Under the pieces are notes generated by a model that worked only from the letters and a program-made list of their open reading frames with translations, was not told the DNA's origin and did not search any database. The position numbers and the translations under genes were made by a program. A stretch of DNA of 64,000 nt from Deltaproteobacteria bacterium. GTDB lineage: Bacteria > Myxococcota_A > UBA9160 > SMWR01. Below, one piece after another: positions 28,067-38,084 of this stretch; the stretch's first letter is position 1; the number at the start of each line of letters is the position of its first letter. The stretch lies in assembly GCA_032128115.1 (NCBI GenBank), contig JAQBHB010000023.1, positions 1-64,000 on the forward strand, written 5' to 3'.

Positions 28067-29370
28067 GCGTCGGGTCGCCCCGGGTGATCCATCAGAGCTC
28101 GTCCACAGAGCGGCTCCTCGCGGGCCCGAAGTTCCGCTCGCGCCGTCGCCGCAGCACCGGGGCCCGCCGCACGTCGCGCACCGAACTCGCAACGGTACTC
28201 GTCGCGGCATTCGGGCTCCTCCTCTGCGCCGGCGCCGTCTCGGCCCTCCTTTCGCCGCCGCAGTTCCGGATCGTCAAGCACCTCTTCTACGCGCTCATTG
28301 CGGTTCTCCTTCTGCGAGACTTCTCGGCGGCCGTCCGCGTCGCTCGGAGAGATCCCTGGATCTGGGCCCTGGTGGGATTGATGTGCGCATCCGCGCTCTG
28401 GTCGGACTACTCTGCCGCGATCCTCAAGCGAGGTCTGGTCACGTTCCAGACCACCACTTTCGGCCTCTATCTGGCCTTGCGGCTCTCCCTCAACGATCAG
28501 GTGCGAGTTCTCGCGTGGGTGCTTGCCGTGACCCTTGCCGCAAATCTCGTGTTCCTCGTGGTCACTCCGGCGAGCGCCTTCATGATCTACGGCGGCGAGA
28601 CCGCGTTCATGGGCTTTCTCGGTCACAAGAATGCGGTCGGGCTCCTCACCGCCCTCGCTCTACCGGTCTTCCTGCTTCAAGCGAGTACCCGAAGCGCAGG
28701 CGGCTGGGTGATGCTGTCGGGAATCGTCGTCGCTGCGGTGCTGCTCGTGCTCTCGCGTTCTCTCACGGGCGCGAGCGTCGGCCTGACGCTCTGCATGATC
28801 GTGGCACTGCGGCCTGTGTCGACGAGGCTTCGGCGACCCGCGATCCTCCTCTTGCCTCCCGCCGTGCTCGTCATGATTACGATCGCTGCGACGGCGGGGC
28901 TCACCGACGAAGTTCTCGCTCTGCTGGGCCGCGATCCGACGCTCACCGGCCGAACCGAGATCTGGCGCGACGCACTTCCCGCGATTCTCGAGCGCCCCCT
29001 GCTGGGCCATTCGGTCGTCAACTTCTGGCAGCGCGACGCCGTGAAGAAAAGCGGCGTCTGGTTCAGCAACGCCCACAACGGGTTCCTGCAGCAGCTGATC
29101 AACCACGGCGTCCTGGGCCTCGCCCTCCTGGTGCTCCAGATCTCTTCGACGCTCCTCCATGCGGTCCGATGGCATGGCCGCCACGCTGTGCAGAGAGCCA
29201 TCTGGCCGATCTGCATCGGGAGCCTCTTCCTTCTCTACAACCTCGCCGAGGTCGTGCTGATGATTGAGAACTCCCTCGTCTGGGTGCTCGTAGTGGCGAC
29301 GAGTCTGGGCGTGCGCCGCGCCGCGGGACGGCGGCGAGGAGGACCTGGGCCGCCGAAGGCGAAGGGCTGA
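28063..29370 (+). CDS. O-antigen ligase/Wzy-type polymerase
   Basis: GTGA overlap; GFLGHKN, SRSLTG, LGRDPTLTGRTEIW, AHNGFL. Confidence 0.88.
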   Translation: MSVGSPRVIHQSSSTERLLAGPKFRSRRRRSTGARRTSRTELATVLVAAFGLLLCAGAVSALLSPPQFRIVKHLFYALIAVLLLRDFSAAVRVARRDPWIWALVGLMCASALWSDYSAAILKRGLVTFQTTTFGLYLALRLSLNDQVRVLAWVLAVTLAANLVFLVVTPASAFMIYGGETAFMGFLGHKNAVGLLTALALPVFLLQASTRSAGGWVMLSGIVVAAVLLVLSRSLTGASVGLTLCMIVALRPVSTRLRRPAILLLPPAVLVMITIAATAGLTDEVLALLGRDPTLTGRTEIWRDALPAILERPLLGHSVVNFWQRDAVKKSGVWFSNAHNGFLQQLINHGVLGLALLVLQISSTLLHAVRWHGRHAVQRAIWPICIGSLFLLYNLAEVVLMIENSLVWVLVVATSLGVRRAAGRRRGGPGPPKAKG

Positions 29371-29609
29371 GCGAGATAGGCGGCGGGTGCTGCCGAGGCA
29401 AGGGCGGGCGATACGGCCCGGCCTGCATCGGCCCGGGCGTTCATCCCGCGGGGTTCGGAGGCTGACACGGGCGTTCTCCCAGGACTCGCGTCCCCAGCCA
29501 GCTATCGAGAAGCCCGTCGGACGTCGCTGTGGCAGGCTAGGATGAACAACGGGGTCGCTCCATCCCGGCGGCGGAGCACCGTCCTACTAGGTCCGTCGGG
29601 AGGGCGCGA

Positions 29610-30515
29610 GTGGCTTGCCTAGAGATGCCTGACGACTCACAGCAAGCAAAGAAGCCCAGGGCGTCCGTAGTCATCCCGGCCCGGAACGAGGCCCTCGGCA
29701 TCGTGCGGACACTGAGTTCGCTCTTTCGCGGGATCGACTCCGACGATCTCGAAGTCATAGTCGCCTGCGACGGCTGCACGGATGGAACGGCGGACGTCGT
29801 TCGCGGTCTCGGTCTCGGTGTCCGGGTGGTCGAGATTCCGCCCACGGGCAAGTTCGGTGCCCTCAGGGCGGCCGAGGCCTTGACCTCGACACTGCCCCGG
29901 GTTTATCTCGACGCCGATGTCGACGTGGCGGGTAGCACGGTGCTGCGCGTCGTGGAGGCCTTGAACACGGGTGCGGCGGCGGCTCGCCCCCCGGTCCATT
30001 TCTCGACGGAGGGAGCGTCCTGGCTCGTGCGGCGCTACTACGCCGCTCGGCGCCGCATCCCGTCGGTTATGAGCGACCTCTGCGGGGCGGGCATCTACGG
30101 GCTCTCCGCGCGCGCGCGCGCCAGGTTCGACGACTTCCCTGAGGTAACCGCGGACGACCTCTTCGCCGCACGGATCGTTCGCTACGAAGAGGTGGTGATC
30201 GTCCGCGGTGAACCCGTTCTCGTGACGACTCCCCGGACGGCTCGGGCGTTGTTGCGCATTCTGGCTCGTATCTACCGCGGCAATCGGGAGATCCGAAGGA
30301 GTTGGCCGCAGCTCGATCGCCGGCCCGTCTGGCGGGCGGGCTCGGGGCTGTTGCGCCAGCTTCGACTCCCTTCCGCATGCGTGGACGTGGGCGTCTATCT
30401 CGGGTTCTCGCTCCTGGGTCGCCTGGTCTCGAGGCTCTCGAGGGGGGACTGGGAGCGCGACGAGACATCCCGGACGTACGATCGGCCGAGCCAGGCGGCG
30501 GGAATGCACCGGTGA
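29610..30515 (+). CDS. GT2 glycosyltransferase
   Basis: SVVIPARNE, DGCTDGT, YLDADV, TADD. Confidence 0.9.
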   Translation: MACLEMPDDSQQAKKPRASVVIPARNEALGIVRTLSSLFRGIDSDDLEVIVACDGCTDGTADVVRGLGLGVRVVEIPPTGKFGALRAAEALTSTLPRVYLDADVDVAGSTVLRVVEALNTGAAAARPPVHFSTEGASWLVRRYYAARRRIPSVMSDLCGAGIYGLSARARARFDDFPEVTADDLFAARIVRYEEVVIVRGEPVLVTTPRTARALLRILARIYRGNREIRRSWPQLDRRPVWRAGSGLLRQLRLPSACVDVGVYLGFSLLGRLVSRLSRGDWERDETSRTYDRPSQAAGMHR

Positions 30516-30551
30516 GGGCGAGGCGGTCGTGATGGGGCACTGCCCCAAGCC

Positions 30552-31820
30552 TCACTCCTCTCGTGAAGCGCCCTCCGGCGGGTGTGACTCGGCTCTGTTT
30601 TGGCACCAGTAGAGGCCGATCCAACATCCAGCTGCGAGCGCCATCTCGGAAGCGAGGCTACCGACGAGCGCTCCTCGCCACGAATAGGAGGGTATCAGCA
30701 GGACATAGAGAACCAGGCTGAGAGCCGCCCCTGCGACGAGCAGCCACATGCGCAACCCGTTCCGGTTCAACCCAAGCAGACCATTGCATGCAAACCCCCC
30801 CACGTACCTGATCACCGCAATGGGCGCCACGAGTTGCATGATCACGGACGACTCCTCGAACCCGCTTCCGAGGATCCTCGGGACCAGGGGAGCGAAGAAC
30901 ACGAGGCCTCCGACGGCCGGTATCGCGTACGCCATGGTGACTCCGGAGAAGACGGCCGCCCTTCGCATCTGGTTGGACGAGGTACGCGCGGCTTCGAGCA
31001 CGGAGAAGTGCGAGGAAGTCAGGAACGCCGACAGCGGCGTCATCAGCATGGAGACCAGGCGGTAGCCCGCGGCGTAGACGCCCGAGTCGGCCTGGTGTCC
31101 GAAGGCGTTGAGCACCACTTTGTCGCTGTCGTTCTGCACGATAGCGGAACCGATGCCCAGTCCGTGGGTCACCGTCGTTCGGAAGTGCCCCTGCTGAATG
31201 CGCCCCGGCAGGATTGGGCCGAGGCCCATGCGCGACGCCGCCAGGTAGACCAGGGGCGTGACCACTAAGAGCATGGTGGCATTCGCGAGGATGAGATTCT
31301 CGATGGAGACGCTGTGCAGGGCCACGAGTAGCAGAAGGACCATGATTCGAGCGGAGCCGACGGTCAGCCTGAGCAAGATGGCCCTCGAATAGCTGTAGGC
31401 ACCCTGCACGATGGACACGAGCGAGTTGATCAACGCGACGGCCACCAGCTCGCTCGCGACGAAGAGCGCCAGCACCCCGACGGAGACGGTCTCGATCCAC
31501 ACGAGTCCGCTGATCGTCACGATCGGAGCCATGAGCCCGCTGAGCAGCAGGGCCAGGGTGATGCCGGAGCGCGCAACGGCGGAGACGCTCTGGCGATCCC
31601 GGACGATGGCTTCCAGAATCATGAGCCTGACTCCGATGTGCGCGATTGCCCCGAAGGGGCCCAGCAGGGCGAAGAGCGCGGCCCAAGCACCGTAGTTCGC
31701 GGGGCCCAGCCGGGGGATCAGGAGAAAGACCGAGAACACGGCCGAGGCCAGGACGAGGCCCTCGTCCGCGATGGACCACGCCCAGTTTCGGGCCAGAGAC
31801 GACTTGCCAGGGGCTCTCAC
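30552..31820 (-). CDS. Wzx-like polysaccharide flippase
   Basis: About 12 TM helices; RLGPANYG, DKVVL, GVYAAGYRL. Confidence 0.88.
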   Translation of the reverse strand: MRAPGKSSLARNWAWSIADEGLVLASAVFSVFLLIPRLGPANYGAWAALFALLGPFGAIAHIGVRLMILEAIVRDRQSVSAVARSGITLALLLSGLMAPIVTISGLVWIETVSVGVLALFVASELVAVALINSLVSIVQGAYSYSRAILLRLTVGSARIMVLLLLVALHSVSIENLILANATMLLVVTPLVYLAASRMGLGPILPGRIQQGHFRTTVTHGLGIGSAIVQNDSDKVVLNAFGHQADSGVYAAGYRLVSMLMTPLSAFLTSSHFSVLEAARTSSNQMRRAAVFSGVTMAYAIPAVGGLVFFAPLVPRILGSGFEESSVIMQLVAPIAVIRYVGGFACNGLLGLNRNGLRMWLLVAGAALSLVLYVLLIPSYSWRGALVGSLASEMALAAGCWIGLYWCQNRAESHPPEGASREE

Positions 31821-32355
31821 ATGGGGAATCGGGACGGGGCGTGGCGGGTTTGGCCGGGGCGGAGGCGCGCAACGGATGGACCGATATACCCCAGCGCCGG
31901 GAAGGTTCCGGCCTTCGGCTCCAGCCCACCGGTCTCGAGGCCGAGAAAGTATCCCGTTTCCACCGCGAGGATCGCCGCGGTCAAAGGGGTGCCGCCGAAC
32001 TGGGAATTATTGTGCCGTAACATCCATTTCCTACGGTGGCGCAACAGAATGGTGCCTCGGCCATGCGGAGCAAGCACTTCAGCGCAATCAGATGGCTCAG
32101 TGCCCCGCAGTTCTCAACGCGATCTCGAGCGCTCGGGCTACCGCAATCCGATGCGGGATACGGACGAAGCGGTGGTCGCGGGTGTCATCAGCTAGGAAGT
32201 GCTCTTGCGGCCAGAGGGGGGGGTCGCGCCCCTTTCGTCCCCTCGGGGATTTCACGGGGGTAGGGGTCAGGCTGTAGCCGTCGTCACACTTCTATTCCCG
32301 CACCCCGCCGATACTACACTCAGTCGGTCGGACACGACACTGGGAGTAGCCCGCG

Positions 32356-34635
32356 ATGACCCACAATCGAATCCTTCGTCGAACTGCCCACGGCCTTCGC
32401 ACAAGGTGGGCATGCCGACATGCGGTGGTCTGGCTGGCCGTCGTTCTCGCTGCCGGAGCTGCGCAATCGGCGGACGAGGCGTACACCTGGCAGCCGCTGC
32501 GTGTCGGCGCGGGCGGCTTCTTGACCGGCCTCGACATCGCTCCTGACGGCACCCGGGTGGTCCGCACTGACACCTACGGCGCCTACAAGTGGAACCGCAC
32601 CACCAGCGTGTGGGAGCAGCTCGTCACGACGGCCTCGCTGCCGGCGGTCGACGCGGGGATCGACCTGAACGTGGCAGGTGTTTTCGAGATTCGCATCGCC
32701 TCGATCGACACCTCGACCATGTACATGGCGCTACGCGGCTACGTCTACAAGACGACCAATGGAGGCGCTTCGTGGACCCGGACCAATTTCGCGCAGCTCA
32801 ACCCCAACGACAGCTTGGCCGTAGAGGGCATCGACCGGGTCTCCGGTGAGAAGATGGCAATCGACCCAGCCAACGCTGACGTGGTCTACGTGGGCTCCCG
32901 GCTCGATGGTATGTTCGTCACCGATGACGGGGGATCAACGTGGAGCTCGGTCACGGGAGTTCCAGGGGGCTCCATCCCGGGAATCACCGGCATTTGCTTC
33001 GACAACACCTCTGCCGTGGTCAGGGGCAAGACGCAGGTCATCTATGCCAGCAGCGCGGGCATCGGCACTTACCGCTCTGCCAACGCCGGCGCGAGCTGGA
33101 CGCGGATCTCCGACGGAACCGGGGGCACCCCCACCACCGCGCTACATGGAGTGTGTGCGAACGGAAAGTATTACGTCACCGCCGGGACCTATGGGAATGG
33201 AGTCCTTTGGAAGTACACAGGCTCTTGGACGAACATCGAGCCCACCCCAGGGCAGCCCAGGTCCCATTCGATCTCCGTTGATCCAAGCGATGCCAACCGA
33301 CTGGTTGTCGGGATGGAAAGCGGCAATCTTGTCGTCAGCCGAGATGACGGCGCAAGCTGGGATCCGATCGTCTGGACCGTAACTCGGAACGGAGTCAACA
33401 TCCCGTGGCACGGCTGGACGGGCGAAAACTACATGTCCAATGGGGCAATGCAGTTCGATCCTGCCGTGGCGGGGAAGCTCTGGTTCGCCCAGGGCATCGG
33501 GGTCTGGCACACGACGCTGAATGCTGGCGCACCGTCCTCTGTCGCCTGGAATGAGGACAGTGTCGGCATCGAGCAGATCGTCGGGAACGTGGTATCCGCG
33601 CCGCCTGGGAAGAGCACGATCCACTTGGCCGGGTGGGATCGTGGCGTGTTCAGCACTTCCGACGTCGACGCTTTCCCCACTTCTCACGGGCCCGTCCAGG
33701 CTTTCAATCACGCCTGGTGGGTCGGGTACGCCGCAACCGATCCGAGTACGGTCGTCGTGGTGGACAACTACAATGGGAACGACTTCACGGCCACTTCCGC
33801 GAACGACGGCACGAGTTGGACCCAGCTTTTCGCGGACACGCCCGTCGCCCTGCGTGGAGGGACAGGCGCTGCAAGCACGGCGAGCAACATCATCGTAATC
33901 GGGAGCAACGAGGGACCGGGCTACTACACGACCAACGGCGGATCGGCATGGAAACCGCTCAGCCTGCCCGGGGTGCAAGACACCAGCTTCCACTTTGCCT
34001 TCTTCCTGAACCGCCACATCGTGACCGCCGACCACGTCACACCGAACAAGTTCTGGCTCTACAAGTCGTCCAAGACGGGTCACGCCTCCAGCGACGGCCT
34101 TTTCCGATCGACCGACGGCGGCGCTAGATGGACGCGGGTGTATGCGCCCGAGATTGCCCCTGGATCAGTATGGAACTCCAAGCTCGCTTCTGTCCCAGGC
34201 AAGGAGGACCACCTCTTTTTTTCGTCTGGGCAGACTGGAGTGCTCGGTCAAGCGAATCCCGATCCCCGTGCTGCCTTCAAGCGCTCAACGGACGGCGGCT
34301 CGACGTGGGTCCCCGTCCCAAATGTGCTGGAGGTCTACAGCTTCGGTTTCGGCGACGTGAAGCAGCCCGCCAACTACCCCGCCATCTTCATCGCCGGGTG
34401 GGTATATGGCGAGTGGGGTATCTGGCGCTCCGACGATGAAGGCGCGACGTGGGCGAAGATCGCCAACTTTCCACTCGACAGCTTCGACTTGATCACCGCA
34501 GTCGAAGGCGCCAAGGACGGCACAGACCGTGTCTACCTTGGCTTCCGTGGGTCAGGCTACGCGTACGGAGTCCCTTCGAGCACTTCGAGCACTGAGGATC
34601 CCACGCGCCCGCAGGCGCCGATTCTGCTCCCCTGA
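32356..34635 (+). CDS. Secreted BNR-repeat, GH74 (xyloglucanase)-like beta-propeller protein
   Basis: Signal peptide; YTWQPLRVGAGGF..RTDTYGAY.W; many S/T.DGG.TW Asp-boxes; GWDRGVF. Confidence 0.82.
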   Translation: MTHNRILRRTAHGLRTRWACRHAVVWLAVVLAAGAAQSADEAYTWQPLRVGAGGFLTGLDIAPDGTRVVRTDTYGAYKWNRTTSVWEQLVTTASLPAVDAGIDLNVAGVFEIRIASIDTSTMYMALRGYVYKTTNGGASWTRTNFAQLNPNDSLAVEGIDRVSGEKMAIDPANADVVYVGSRLDGMFVTDDGGSTWSSVTGVPGGSIPGITGICFDNTSAVVRGKTQVIYASSAGIGTYRSANAGASWTRISDGTGGTPTTALHGVCANGKYYVTAGTYGNGVLWKYTGSWTNIEPTPGQPRSHSISVDPSDANRLVVGMESGNLVVSRDDGASWDPIVWTVTRNGVNIPWHGWTGENYMSNGAMQFDPAVAGKLWFAQGIGVWHTTLNAGAPSSVAWNEDSVGIEQIVGNVVSAPPGKSTIHLAGWDRGVFSTSDVDAFPTSHGPVQAFNHAWWVGYAATDPSTVVVVDNYNGNDFTATSANDGTSWTQLFADTPVALRGGTGAASTASNIIVIGSNEGPGYYTTNGGSAWKPLSLPGVQDTSFHFAFFLNRHIVTADHVTPNKFWLYKSSKTGHASSDGLFRSTDGGARWTRVYAPEIAPGSVWNSKLASVPGKEDHLFFSSGQTGVLGQANPDPRAAFKRSTDGGSTWVPVPNVLEVYSFGFGDVKQPANYPAIFIAGWVYGEWGIWRSDDEGATWAKIANFPLDSFDLITAVEGAKDGTDRVYLGFRGSGYAYGVPSSTSSTEDPTRPQAPILLP

Positions 34636-35023
34636 GTCGGGTGCGTGGGGTAATTGCCGAGGAGTCCCGATGGTGGGCCGAGTTTGACAGAAGTGCTTCG
34701 GCGGCCAGCCTGACGACACGTCTGCAGGCAAGACGATTTCTTTATACGCTGGCGGGATCGAGTTCCACCGCCCCAAGATCGGTGGCGGCTCGCTCCAGCG
34801 AATCCAGCGCCTGGGCAATTTGCGGTCGAGCACTCTGCGTCATCGCGAATCTGCTCGGGGCCAGATGTCGTCGTTGAGCTCTTCGCTATACCCGCTCTGC
34901 ATGCAGAACCTTCAAACTATGAGGGGCGCCGGCGTCGCGCCAACGCGCTGGGATGGAGCGTTGAGGCCAGGCTGACGACCGCACTTCATGGGCGCCTTGC
35001 CCTCGTCGAGTCATGCGGCTAAT

Positions 35024-35043
35024 TGAACCGCCCCGGGGTTCTG
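35024..35043 (+). mobile_element. Orphan IS3-family (IS6110/IS629-like) terminal inverted repeat
   Basis: TGAACCGCCCCGG matches the terminal sequence of that IS group; no transposase follows. Confidence 0.5.
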
Positions 35044-35115
35044 AGCGTCATGACTCCACCTTCAAGGCACACCAGGAGTTCACTTTGCTTCGGGAGGCGA
35101 TATCATGGCACTCCG

Positions 35116-35290
35116 ATGAATCTGCGCCGTCTGCGTCTCGATCTGTTCGTGCGCCTTCTGTCGACGATATCGCGGCGCGCGCGCAGACGACGCATGCGCG
35201 TGTTCCTCCAGCGTATGGGCATCCGCCCGGGAATGCGCATCCTCGACCTCGGCGGGCGCCCGGAGACCTGGCGCCTGGTCGAGCCCCCCC
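35116..35290 (+). pseudogene. N-terminal stub of a class I methyltransferase
   Basis: MNLRR...SRRARRRRMRVFL...GMRILDLGGRPETW, then similarity ends abruptly just before the FkbM gene. Confidence 0.65.
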
Positions 35291-35305
35291 GTCGATCACC
35301 GGAGG

Positions 35306-36094
35306 ATGTGGATGTTTATCCCGACACTTCGAGCCGAGCTCGCCAGGCTGGCGCTCAAGGCCGCGAGACGACTCGCCACGCCCGAGGCGTGGGCCATCCT
35401 GATTAGCGAGCATGGCGCGCCGAACATGCACTGCGGGCTGCTGTCTCTGCGCGACGAGGGCGTGTCGCTCACCGATGTCGTCGATTGCGGCGCCTTCATC
35501 GGCAACTGGACGAGGCTTTGCCGTCAGGTCTTCCCCGACGCCAACGTGCTCATGATTGAGGCACAACCCCGCTGGGCCGGGACCCTCGAGCATTTCGCAG
35601 CCGCGAATGCCCCCGGCATCCGTTTCGCGAGTGCCCTGCTCGGACCCGAGCCGGCCGAGTCGGTCGACTTCTTCGTGCTCGATGATCCTGGCGGGGGCAC
35701 CGGTTCGTCGGTGCTGTCGGAGAATTCCAACGTCCCACGTCGCTCCATCAAGCTGGCCATGACCACCCTCGATCGCGTCATCGAGGGGCAAGAGTTTTCT
35801 CCGCCCCAGCTCATCAAGCTCGACGTGCAGGGATACGAGCTCGAGGTCCTCAAGGGCGGAGCGTCCGCGCTCGCGTCAGCCGAATTCGTCCTGCTCGAGG
35901 TGAGCGTGTGGCAGTACAACGAGAACAGCCCCCTCATCGACGAGGTGGTCGCCTTCATGAGCGAGGCGGGGTTCGCCACCTATGACCTGTTCGACATCAA
36001 CCGGCGGCCCGATGGCACACTCCTCCAGCTCGACGTGCTGTTCATCCGCAAGGACTCTTCCCTACTCGACGACAAGAGGACCGTGTGCGCGTAG
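35306..36094 (+). CDS. FkbM family methyltransferase
   Basis: VVDCGAFIG, IEA, TTLD, LIKLDVQGYELEVLKG, LLQLDVLF. Confidence 0.92.
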   Translation: MWMFIPTLRAELARLALKAARRLATPEAWAILISEHGAPNMHCGLLSLRDEGVSLTDVVDCGAFIGNWTRLCRQVFPDANVLMIEAQPRWAGTLEHFAAANAPGIRFASALLGPEPAESVDFFVLDDPGGGTGSSVLSENSNVPRRSIKLAMTTLDRVIEGQEFSPPQLIKLDVQGYELEVLKGGASALASAEFVLLEVSVWQYNENSPLIDEVVAFMSEAGFATYDLFDINRRPDGTLLQLDVLFIRKDSSLLDDKRTVCA

Positions 36095-36204
36095 AGCCTC
36101 ACCGCCAACGGGCCGGGACCGCGCTGACCCACGACCGCGAGAGCGCGAACTCCTCCCACGAGCCGGCGTCCCGCAGCGCGTCCAACCGAAACACAGCACT
36201 TCCG

Positions 36205-36423
36205 CTATCGGATGACTGTCACGCTACACGGGGCATGGTGGACGACGTGATCGGAGACGGTTCCGATCAGGAAGCGGCTCTCTGCGGACAGTCCGCGGGA
36301 CCCCATCACGATCAGGCCCGTCTCCTCGGCTTCGGCGACACGGCAGATCGTGTCCGCCGGATCCCCGGTCTCGACCCGACGCTGCCAGCGCACCGAGGTG
36401 TCGGCCAGCGCGAGCGCAACCAA
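36205..36423 (-). pseudogene. C-terminal half of a universal stress protein (Usp)
   Basis: GDPADTIC, LIVMGSRG, LIGTVSDHVVHHAPCSVTVIR; N-terminal half absent. Confidence 0.75.
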
Positions 36424-36446
36424 CGTCAGCGAATCAGGCGCGAGCG

Positions 36447-37700
36447 CTACACTTGACCGTGCTCCAAGGCGCTTTCCGGCCTCGCTTCCTCCTCTCGAAA
36501 CAGCCGAATCAGCGGCGCCACTGCCGTAGAGAGCTCAAACTCGGCCTCCACCCTTCGGCGCCCCTCTTCGGCCATTCGCTCACTTGCCTGAGGGTCGCCG
36601 ATGAGGCGCTCTATCATTGCGGCGAGCGCATTCCAATCCGAGGCGGGAAAGAGCAGCCCGCTTACGCCGTGCTCGACCAGCTCGGGAATGCCGGCGACGA
36701 ACGGCGCGATCACGGGGACGCTCATGGCCAGCGCCTCTATGAGCACAACCGGCAGGCCCTCCATGAAGGACGACATGATGAAGGCGTCGGCTTGAAGCAG
36801 CTCCGCGGCAACGTGGCCGGAGGGCACGCGGCCGACGAAGGTAACGCGCTCGTCGAGGCCGAGGCGCGTCGTCAGCGCCTCGAGTTCTTTGCGCTCGGGG
36901 CCGTCGCCCACGAGGCGAAGCTCGACATCGCGTTCCCTCGCCACCTTCGCAAGCGCGCAAAGCAGCCCCGCTTGACCCTTTTCTGACGAAAGCCTTCCAA
37001 CCGAGACCAATCGGCATGCGCGCTTGTTCGGTGGGATGACGCTTGTCGACTTCGCTGCGCGGAAGCGCTCGAGGTCAAGGCCGCAGCGCACCACCACCAA
37101 CTTGTCCCAGAAGCCCACGTCGACCAGACGCATGGCCTGCGCACGGGCGAAGTGCGAGACGCACGCCACGAACTTGGCAGCAGCGATTTTCTCCGCCAAC
37201 AACAGACCTGCCGGATAGTCGAATTCGCTTATACCGTGTAGCGTTAGGCTCCAGTCGATGCCGAGGAAACGCGAAGCAAGAACGCCCACGTTCGCGCCGG
37301 AATTCGCGAAGTGGTTGTGCAAGTGTCCGATGTTGCGCCTCTCGAGCTCGTGCGCCAAGGCGATGGCCTCACCAAAATGAAAGATGCTCCAGAGCGCCGC
37401 TTTCGTGCCTGGCACCCGGTGGAGCAGCGCCTGACGAAGCGTTCCGAGGTACCGGCCCGGCCTCATAAACAGCGCCTTGGCATGCGCGCGCAGCAGCTGG
37501 GCGGGCTTGGGCGGTAACACGTACCAGGTCGCTTCGGACTCGCGACGGTCGACGTCGGCCTCGAGCTCGCCTTCGGAAGGCCGGCGAATCGAGAACGTGT
37601 CGACGTTCAGCCCCACGTCGCGGAGCTTCTGAACCTCGCGGCGAATGAAGGTATGGGACGTCGCCGGGTACTGGCTTGTAAGATATGCGAGCCGCTTCAT
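36447..37700 (-). CDS. GT4 glycosyltransferase (WcaL-like)
   Basis: YPATSHTFIRRE, HLHNHF, VGRLSSEKG, EGLPVVLIEA. Confidence 0.92.
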   Translation of the reverse strand: MKRLAYLTSQYPATSHTFIRREVQKLRDVGLNVDTFSIRRPSEGELEADVDRRESEATWYVLPPKPAQLLRAHAKALFMRPGRYLGTLRQALLHRVPGTKAALWSIFHFGEAIALAHELERRNIGHLHNHFANSGANVGVLASRFLGIDWSLTLHGISEFDYPAGLLLAEKIAAAKFVACVSHFARAQAMRLVDVGFWDKLVVVRCGLDLERFRAAKSTSVIPPNKRACRLVSVGRLSSEKGQAGLLCALAKVARERDVELRLVGDGPERKELEALTTRLGLDERVTFVGRVPSGHVAAELLQADAFIMSSFMEGLPVVLIEALAMSVPVIAPFVAGIPELVEHGVSGLLFPASDWNALAAMIERLIGDPQASERMAEEGRRRVEAEFELSTAVAPLIRLFREEEARPESALEHGQV

Positions 37701-38084
37701 GCATGGCGTATGATACGGGATCGTCGAGACCTCCGGCTTCCCGGCCGCGTTCGGCATTGCGTTGGGAATGGTGTCGAAACCCATTGCCGCAGCCTGGAGC
37801 ACGGTTCCCGCTGCAAGCCAGGCTCCTAGCTGCAGTCGAAGCCCACGTCCGCGCCGAAATGGTTCGCCCCCGAGGGACGTCGGTGTCTCTGAGGAGCACG
37901 AGAACGGCGCACCGAATCGCTCGCCACCCCTGCGATTCGGCGTTCGCTAAGGTCAAGGTTCCACGGTTTGGCGCCGCGTGAACAAGTACGAAGGCCGTTC
38001 AGGGTCGGCGAGGGTGACGCGGGATGATTGTACGACAAGATATCAGGGGCTAATTTCGTTCGGCCAACGAACAGTGCGGTGATC

